Shown here one piece after another: positions 57,084 to 64,000 of a stretch of DNA of 64,000 nt. The stretch spans positions 25,926-89,925 of the forward strand of contig CALRGO010000002.1 of the NCBI GenBank assembly GCA_943357895.1, given 5' to 3'. The position numbers were made by a program, and so were the translations under genes. This DNA is from Parcubacteria group bacterium (lineage in GTDB: Bacteria; Patescibacteriota; Minisyncoccia; UBA6257; UBA11618). Below the pieces are notes generated by a model. The model saw only the letters and a program-made list of their open reading frames with translations, was not told the origin of the DNA and searched no databases. Within the stretch, counting starts at the first letter, position 1. Each line of letters starts with the position of its first letter.

Positions 57084-59372
57084 TTAGCGCAAAGACTTTT
57101 CGTACCCGTTCCAATCGATGCGGAAAATACGCGCTTTCGATTGGGAATTAGTTTCGTAATTGGAATATATTTCTTTTAGGTAGGGCGGTATTGTTTCGCC
57201 GGTATAAATCAATAAATATTTATTAGGCACGAACGGTAGCGGATTGAATATCTGGTCTTCGAGGAGAATATGGGTCACTTTGCGGGTACGGAGCACCGGC
57301 ATGGCTTCGGTAATCGAATCGAATTTTCCCGGATAGGTAAGACTGAGGCCGGATTGCGGGGCTATGATATCCTGCAATCCCCTTCCCCCGATTTTAGCGT
57401 CGGGTAAAAGCATCATTATATCGATACCATTTCCCGTAGCGAGTACGCCCTTTACGTTCGTCGATGCCCATAAAGCGACCTGCAGTCTATCTCTATTCAT
57501 GCGGGAAATATCCTTGACGAAAAGCCGTGCCACAAATATGAATGTCGAGAGCGAAACGCAGAGCAAGATTATCTGAGAGGCGGCGAACATGCCGAAGAAT
57601 AGGCGCTCGTCCCGTACGTCGTGCGGCGCCGTAGCGCGGAGCCCTGCCACCGCAACTAGTATGCCTAAGGGGGCGATTGGGAAAACATGCCGAAGGAGAT
57701 AATACAGATGGAAAATAGGTATAAGGCTCATAATCCATATCCCTATGGCGGCCCATACGGGAAACCATACGGGATCGCGCCATGTGCGAACAGCACCCTG
57801 CAGAAAGAAAAAAAGCTGGGGGAGAATACTATACGCGAAATAGAGCAGGACGAGGCATATCCCCGTCGTTATGAAGCGGTTGAATATTTCCGCGGCGGTA
57901 TGCGTCTTAAGATAATGCGGCAGGGTTACGGAAGGCGCCGCCCCCCATACGTCCACGTAGCGTTCTACAAAATATTTACTATTCTCACCGTAATTAAATG
58001 CTGATCCGAATTCCGCCTGCCGCATCAAGAGCATCGGCGAGGCGACGGCAAAAAAAATCGCAATCATGGCCGCCGACCTAAGCAGGAGTCCGCCTAGCGG
58101 CATTTTTTTCCACGCCCAGCATGATACGAGCACTATAGGTAGGACTATTATTCCGTTTGGGCGCACCCAATACGTAAGTCCCGCCACCCCGCTTGCGGCA
58201 TAGGCGAATGCTGGATTATCCCGTGCCTTATAAACGAAGCAAATTGCCGTAAGAAAAAGGAGGGTAAAAAGAGGCTCGGTTAAGATAAAGAGGTTATCCG
58301 ATATAATAAGAGGAAAAGAAAATATAAAGGCTATAAGGGCGGCGTCAATGGTTTTTTTTGATGCGGTGAGCCTGAAGGCCAGCCATCCTATGGGGAATAC
58401 GGCTGCCGCGCCGGTTACCGCAGTAATAAGTATTCCAACGAGCAAGTTTTCAAATATGGATGTAGCTCCCCATGCGTAGAGGAAGGGCGCCATGAATGCC
58501 GATAATCCTATTGCATGCGTTCGTATGGGCGACCAGTCGCCGCGCACTATTTCGAGCGCCTTAAGAATATATATATACGAATCATATTTTTGTATGGGAA
58601 ACATGACGATGTACGATACGTACATTTCAAGGCCGATGCGTACTGCGGCGGCAATAAGGAAAAAACAGAAAATACGTAAAAGGGGTATTTTTTTTATCCG
58701 CTCTTCATAGAGGATATTTTCAATGACTGATTGTACTGCTCGGCGTGCGAGCATGATTCTATTGCGGCACCAGTCAAAAAAACTTATTGTATTTGTTTTC
58801 CGAGCAGCGGTTATCGTATCAATAATACGGATGTCTTTAAAAAATCGCGATCGGTATACAGATTTTTTAACCACGGCGACAGGGCCGAGCCATGCGAGTA
58901 TTTCAGGCGAGGAGCACGTGTCGTGAAAAGCTATCGTCGCGCCTAGGGCGAGCTTCGGTGACCATAGCTCGAAATCACGCGTAACCATTTCGAGCGCATG
59001 ATCCCCATCGATAAAAAGCAGCTCTATTGGTAAATTGAATGTTTCAGCCGCTTTTTCGGAGGTCATGACGAGCGGCCGCACTACGGAAGAAAGTCCGGCG
59101 CGCTCCATATTATTTTGAAATATATCAAATGTTTTGAAATCGCCCTGTTCTGGTAGTCCGTTGTGGGGATCAACGGCATATACAGGAACGCCGTTACCAG
59201 CCTGCGAGCCTGCGCCTAAAAAAACCGCTGATTTCCCCTGCCATGAGCCGATTTCAACGATAACTCCTTTTCCCGTGCACCGCTTGGCACAGTCATATAA
59301 AAATGCGCCCTCTTTTGCCGTGAGCCAGCCGTGAACCGCCTCCGTATTTTTTTTAGCTTCTTTCAGCTCCAT
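57084..59372 (-). CDS. Methyltransferase (Methyltransf_24-like) fused to a GT-C/PMT-like membrane domain
   Basis: VEIGSWQGKS, LLFIDGDH, FHD; then YDSYIY, LTEPLF, VRPNG and multiple TM. Confidence 0.8.
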   Translation of the reverse strand: MELKEAKKNTEAVHGWLTAKEGAFLYDCAKRCTGKGVIVEIGSWQGKSAVFLGAGSQAGNGVPVYAVDPHNGLPEQGDFKTFDIFQNNMERAGLSSVVRPLVMTSEKAAETFNLPIELLFIDGDHALEMVTRDFELWSPKLALGATIAFHDTCSSPEILAWLGPVAVVKKSVYRSRFFKDIRIIDTITAARKTNTISFFDWCRNRIMLARRAVQSVIENILYEERIKKIPLLRIFCFFLIAAAVRIGLEMYVSYIVMFPIQKYDSYIYILKALEIVRGDWSPIRTHAIGLSAFMAPFLYAWGATSIFENLLVGILITAVTGAAAVFPIGWLAFRLTASKKTIDAALIAFIFSFPLIISDNLFILTEPLFTLLFLTAICFVYKARDNPAFAYAASGVAGLTYWVRPNGIIVLPIVLVSCWAWKKMPLGGLLLRSAAMIAIFFAVASPMLLMRQAEFGSAFNYGENSKYFVERYVDVWGAAPSVTLPHYLKTHTAAEIFNRFITTGICLVLLYFAYSILPQLFFFLQGAVRTWRDPVWFPVWAAIGIWIMSLIPIFHLYYLLRHVFPIAPLGILVAVAGLRATAPHDVRDERLFFGMFAASQIILLCVSLSTFIFVARLFVKDISRMNRDRLQVALWASTNVKGVLATGNGIDIMMLLPDAKIGGRGLQDIIAPQSGLSLTYPGKFDSITEAMPVLRTRKVTHILLEDQIFNPLPFVPNKYLLIYTGETIPPYLKEIYSNYETNSQSKARIFRIDWNGYEKSLR

Positions 59373-59399
59373 AATTTGAAGTAGTATGGCATGTATGTA

Positions 59400-60488
59400 T
59401 TAGTAATTGCCATTATTGTACGTACGGAATCGCGCGCTTGACCATGAATGAATTGGTTTTTCAAGCATATGATACGAAATAAGGGCGACGGGAACAAGGA
59501 ATAAGGGCATTGAAAGCGGCGAAGAATCCCTATAGAAGGCGGGATTGTTCGTAAAAGGTTGCTGCCATAGATACAGGCTATAGGAAGCCAGTCCTATGTT
59601 TCGCATATAATGGAAAGCCCGCGACGCGAGAAATCGGGGGATGTGGCGCAACGCCATAATAAGGCGCAGGATCGCGAACGACGAGAGTAGAGCATATGCG
59701 AATTGTTCGGGGGCATGGCTCGTTTTTGCAGATACGAGAAATAATATACCCATAAAAAGAGCGCTTACTCCAGTAAGGGGCGCGCTCGGGATATTCACAT
59801 AGTGGCGTACGGTAGAACTCGCGGCATAGAGCGCTCCTCCGGCAATGGATGCGAATGCCCATCCGTTGTCTATCCAGCCGTGCATGAAAAATATCTTAAA
59901 TGCTGAAAATACCGAAAAAAGAACACACAGGGCGGCAATGGTAGGCGTTCGCCGAAGCGCCGGAAGTAGCAGTATAAATAATGGCCAAACGGCATAAAAC
60001 TGTTCTTCTACCGAAAGGCTCCAGAGATGGAGCAGATTCCATGTGCAGGGAGTCGCCGAAGCATTTGCGAGGAATGCAATGCAAGAAATGTTCGAACGGT
60101 CGATCGTTGCCGTCCATCCGAGCGCGGCGAAAAGCCCCATGCCGAGAAGATAGCCGGCATAGGCGGGAATAATTCTGAAAAACCGCCGGAGATAGAATTT
60201 TGCAATAGAAATACTTCCTGTCCGATCAAGCTCGCTGATAAGTATTTTCGTTATGAGGAATCCACTTATTACAAGGAATATTTTTACGCCCACGTCTCCA
60301 GCATGCCAACTGACTGTCAGGAAGGCGCGGATAAAATTTTTTTCGTAGGCGGTGTTTCCGAGCGAGACGAAAAACGAATGAAAGCGGAAAAATACCAGAT
60401 GACTTTCTATGACGAGTATAATGCTTATCCCCCGCCAAAAGTCGAGTACGGGATCACGGCCGTCCTTATACCGTTCCGGTTGTTCCAT
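59400..60488 (-). CDS. Acyltransferase family 3 (OafA-like)
   Basis: LDFWRG, FLVISGFLI, RRFFRI.P, HLWSLSVEEQFY, SYSLYLW. Confidence 0.92.
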   Translation of the reverse strand: MEQPERYKDGRDPVLDFWRGISIILVIESHLVFFRFHSFFVSLGNTAYEKNFIRAFLTVSWHAGDVGVKIFLVISGFLITKILISELDRTGSISIAKFYLRRFFRIIPAYAGYLLGMGLFAALGWTATIDRSNISCIAFLANASATPCTWNLLHLWSLSVEEQFYAVWPLFILLLPALRRTPTIAALCVLFSVFSAFKIFFMHGWIDNGWAFASIAGGALYAASSTVRHYVNIPSAPLTGVSALFMGILFLVSAKTSHAPEQFAYALLSSFAILRLIMALRHIPRFLASRAFHYMRNIGLASYSLYLWQQPFTNNPAFYRDSSPLSMPLFLVPVALISYHMLEKPIHSWSSARFRTYNNGNY

Positions 60489-61923
60489 GGCTCCCCTTTT
60501 CGAAGTATTCCGCTTCGCTGCCGACGGCCTCGATGTCTTCGCGTATGCCTGTTATTACGCTCCGCGCTGCCATAATTCCCATTTCGAGCGAGTGATCTTG
60601 GTTATTGTAACGGAATCTGCCGGGGCGGCCGATGTAATACAGGTTTTCGAAGCGGTCTAAATAGGCTTTTACTGAATCTACGTATGTTTTGTATTCGGTG
60701 TCGTATATCGGGTACACCTTTTTTTGGCGCATGAGGTAGCTTTGCCGTACTTCGCTCCGTTTGCAGAAGCCGAGGGGTTCGAGGTGCTTCATCGTCATTT
60801 CGAGCAATTCTTCCTTCGTCGCGTTCCAGACAGCGTCCCCCTCGAAACAGAAAAATTCCAAAAAGAGCGACGTTTTTCCATGCGGGCTCATTTTTTGGCT
60901 GAAATTATTCATCTCCGTAATCCTACCGAAGGGAATATGTTTTTCGGGGAAATAGATCCATTGGTCGCGCGTAATGCGTTCCTTATCGAGGGTGATGAAG
61001 AGATATACTTGGTCGCGATAGCGCATTTTTTCCGCTGCCGCCGTAATTGCCGCGGGCGGGGCAGGGTCGAGCAGTTTTAAAAATTCCTTCGGCGGGATGC
61101 TCTCAATAAGCGTCTTCGGGGTTATTTCTTTCAGCGCTCCTTTTACGGATACCGTAAGTCCCGTTATGCGGTTGTTATGGTGGCGAATGCGCACGGGATA
61201 ACTTTCGAGTTCCACGGGATTGCCGGCGTCCGCGATCTTTTTCGCGATTGTTTCATAAATAAGCCCCGTACCATATTCGGGGTAATAGAAGCTGTCTACG
61301 AGAGTACGGAGCCCTTTCGTACGGAAAAGGCCGAGCGTCCGCTCCGCTGCGGCTTTCACGAGGAAGCCAACGGACAGTCCCTTAATGCGCTGCGTTGCCC
61401 AGTCTGTATGTATGGTGTTCGCTTTTACACCCCAGATCTTTTCCGTGTAATTGATCATATTAAACTCGGCGAGCGTCCTGCCGAAGTGCGCCACGACATG
61501 GTCTTCGAAATGGCGAATTGGTTTTTTGAAAAGCCCGTAACGGAGCTGGGCGGCAGCGTAGTCCGCTACCATGCGCGTGGCCTTTCGTGGCCCGATATTG
61601 GCGAGTGCTTGGGCGGGGTTGATTGGGTAGTCGTAGAATTTGCCCGCGATGAACTGGCGCGTTTGGCGCTTTACTTCTATCCAGTTTTCTTTGATGAGCC
61701 CTTCGATGAAGCCGTAAAGGTATGGGTTTTTGGAAAAGAAGCGGTGCGGGCCGTTATCCGTGCGGAACGTGAGTCCGTCTGGCTCCGTAAACAAATAGGT
61801 CTTTGCGAGGCCGCCCACGCGGTCGGATTTCTCATAGAGCGTAAAATTCTTTCCGGCGTGCGTAAGTTCCATTGCTGCGGCGAGCCCCGCGGGGCCGGCG
61901 CCCAGAATACACGTCTCTTTCAT
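60466..61923 (-). CDS. FAD-dependent oxidoreductase (UDP-galactopyranose mutase/PPO-like fold)
   Basis: GAGPAGL, VGGLA.T, DNGPHRFF, GRPGRFRYNNQDHS. Confidence 0.8.
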   Translation of the reverse strand: MKETCILGAGPAGLAAAMELTHAGKNFTLYEKSDRVGGLAKTYLFTEPDGLTFRTDNGPHRFFSKNPYLYGFIEGLIKENWIEVKRQTRQFIAGKFYDYPINPAQALANIGPRKATRMVADYAAAQLRYGLFKKPIRHFEDHVVAHFGRTLAEFNMINYTEKIWGVKANTIHTDWATQRIKGLSVGFLVKAAAERTLGLFRTKGLRTLVDSFYYPEYGTGLIYETIAKKIADAGNPVELESYPVRIRHHNNRITGLTVSVKGALKEITPKTLIESIPPKEFLKLLDPAPPAAITAAAEKMRYRDQVYLFITLDKERITRDQWIYFPEKHIPFGRITEMNNFSQKMSPHGKTSLFLEFFCFEGDAVWNATKEELLEMTMKHLEPLGFCKRSEVRQSYLMRQKKVYPIYDTEYKTYVDSVKAYLDRFENLYYIGRPGRFRYNNQDHSLEMGIMAARSVITGIREDIEAVGSEAEYFEKGSHGTTGTV

Positions 61924-61950
61924 GCGCTTATCGTACTGGCATTATGGAAT

Positions 61951-61983
61951 AAAAAAAAGACGTCCCTCGTCGGGACGCTTTTT
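61951..61983 (-). terminator. Terminator after rplK
   Basis: CGTCCC-loop-GGGACG followed by TC-T8 on the minus strand. Confidence 0.75.
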
Positions 61984-62001
61984 CTGGTGATAGGTATTCT
62001 T

Positions 62002-62427
62002 TTAGCCTTCTATCTTAATACCCATGTTCTTCGCGGTGCCTTCGATCATGCGGCCGGCCGCGGGGATGTCGTAGACGTTCAAGTCCGGCAACTTCCTTTC
62101 CGCGATGGCGTTTACGTGCGCGCGGGTTACTTTACCGACAATCTTCTTAGATCCTTCGGCGGAGCCCTTCTCGATGCCGGCATATTTCTTTAAAAGCGCG
62201 GCGACCGGCGGGGTCTTCAGCTTGAATTCGAAGCTGCGATCCTCGAATACGGTGATTTCTGCGGGGACTACGTCGCCCAACATGTCTTTCGTCGCTTCGT
62301 TGAAGCGCTTGCAGAAGTCTTGGATGTTTACGCCGTGCTGGCCGAGCGCAGGGCCGACGGGCGGCGTCGGTAACGCTTTACCGGCTTCGATCTGCAACTT
62401 AAGTACTGTCTTGATAGGCTTTGCCAT
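62002..62427 (-). CDS. rplK: 50S ribosomal protein L11
   Basis: [35 protein letters not shown]. Confidence 0.98.
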   Translation of the reverse strand: MAKPIKTVLKLQIEAGKALPTPPVGPALGQHGVNIQDFCKRFNEATKDMLGDVVPAEITVFEDRSFEFKLKTPPVAALLKKYAGIEKGSAEGSKKIVGKVTRAHVNAIAERKLPDLNVYDIPAAGRMIEGTAKNMGIKIEG

Positions 62428-62431
62428 TTTT

Positions 62432-62466
62432 TTAGTGATTAGTGAATAGTGGGTAGTGAATAGAAC
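62432..62466 (-). repeat. Five degenerate heptamer units between nusG and rplK
   Basis: Minus strand: gttctat tcactac ccactat tcactaa tcactaa. Confidence 0.6.
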
Positions 62467-62468
62467 GA

Positions 62469-63032
62469 CTATAGCTTTTGAATCTGTAACGAATCGAGTT
62501 CGACCATCGTGTCCCTGCCGAATATCGGCGCGAGGACCTTCACTTTGCCCTTCGCCTCGTCCACCTCCGAGACCTTCGCCTCGTAGTCCTTGAACGGGCC
62601 GTCGGTTATTTTAACCATATCGCCAGGGCGGACGTCAATTGCGAAGCTTGTCTTTGCATCCCCCATCCGTGCCATCAATACGTCTATTTCGTCCTTCGAG
62701 AGCGGTGTTGGCTGAGTGCTGTCGGCACCCACAAACCCTGTTACGCGGGGGGTGTTACGGACCAAGTACCACGAGTCGTCGGTGAGCACCATGTCTACGA
62801 GCACGTAGCCGGGGTAGATTTTTTCTTCTATCTCGCGGCGCTTGCCGTTCTTGATCTTGATTAACTTTTCTTTCGGCACGAGCACGTCGAAAATCTTGTC
62901 GTCCATACCTAGGGATTCCACGCGCTGCTTCACATAGCGCACCACGGCGTCTTCATAGCCAGAATACGTGCGGATGGCGTACCAGTGGCGGCCTTCGCCT
63001 TTTTGCTTTTTGGATTGGGTTATCGGCATCAT
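62469..63032 (-). CDS. nusG: Transcription factor NusG
   Basis: [39 protein letters not shown]. Confidence 0.97.
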   Translation of the reverse strand: MMPITQSKKQKGEGRHWYAIRTYSGYEDAVVRYVKQRVESLGMDDKIFDVLVPKEKLIKIKNGKRREIEEKIYPGYVLVDMVLTDDSWYLVRNTPRVTGFVGADSTQPTPLSKDEIDVLMARMGDAKTSFAIDVRPGDMVKITDGPFKDYEAKVSEVDEAKGKVKVLAPIFGRDTMVELDSLQIQKL

Positions 63033-63036
63033 ATGG

Positions 63037-63222
63037 TTATTGGAGAAGGTAGTTGTTCAAGGCGTAGAGAAGCGCGTAGTCGACGGCGCCGAGGAATGCG
63101 GCGATGCCGATAGAAAGCATGACAACTACGGCCGTCATGCGGATGGTTTCTTGCGCTGTCGGCCAGTTGATTTTGCTAAATTCGGCGCGCGCTTCGGTGA
63201 AGAAGGATGTAAGGCGGTTCAT
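63037..63222 (-). CDS. secE: Preprotein translocase SecE
   Basis: EFSKINWPT followed by one TM; upstream of nusG. Confidence 0.93.
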   Translation of the reverse strand: MNRLTSFFTEARAEFSKINWPTAQETIRMTAVVVMLSIGIAAFLGAVDYALLYALNNYLLQ

Positions 63223-63265
63223 TGGGTTCTATAATACCAAGTTCGGGTAAAAAGTGCAATAACCG

Positions 63266-64000
<735 letters not shown>

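Noticed and set aside
61177-62193. Long antisense ORFs (e.g. 61177..62193, 197..841, 51511..52083, 60027..60575)
   Set aside because: Shadows of well-supported genes on the opposite strand, with no recognisable motifs.

Overview
Compact bacterial genome segment, most likely Patescibacteria/CPR (Parcubacteria-like). This placement is inferred from SD-less housekeeping genes, no rplA beside either rplK or rplJL, a minimal mraZ-rsmH-ftsL-ftsI cluster and a short ThrRS. Bases 1-30 kb and 62-64 kb are housekeeping: cysS, dnaB, recR, rplU, ddl, Mur ligases, dcw genes, tRNA-Glu, tRNA-Val, rplJL, trmD, khpA, rpsP, rnc, nusB, rpmF, rnhB, dnaE, thrS, gatB, rplK, nusG, secE and partial gyrB. Bases 30-62 kb are a surface-glycan locus with 7 GT4, GT2, several GT-C-like membrane proteins, 7 methyltransferase domains, UbiA, a flippase and an acyltransferase. 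Best leads: (1) Five stand-alone cassettes (HTH-REC, phage-like orphan, FHA, orphan, GNAT) each carry a sigma70 promoter, a boxA-like leader motif, a Shine-Dalgarno site and a terminator, although native ribosomal-protein genes have no SD; at least one resembles a Planctomycetota regulator. (2) Two inverted, covarying structured elements bracket a secreted-protein gene that is frameshifted at a G9 tract. (3) A 'shadow' tRNA-Val copy has its anticodon arm replaced by an 88-nt repeat that recurs elsewhere. Two MITE-like rods and heptamer junction repeats were also seen. Family assignments come from recalled motifs; no searches were run.
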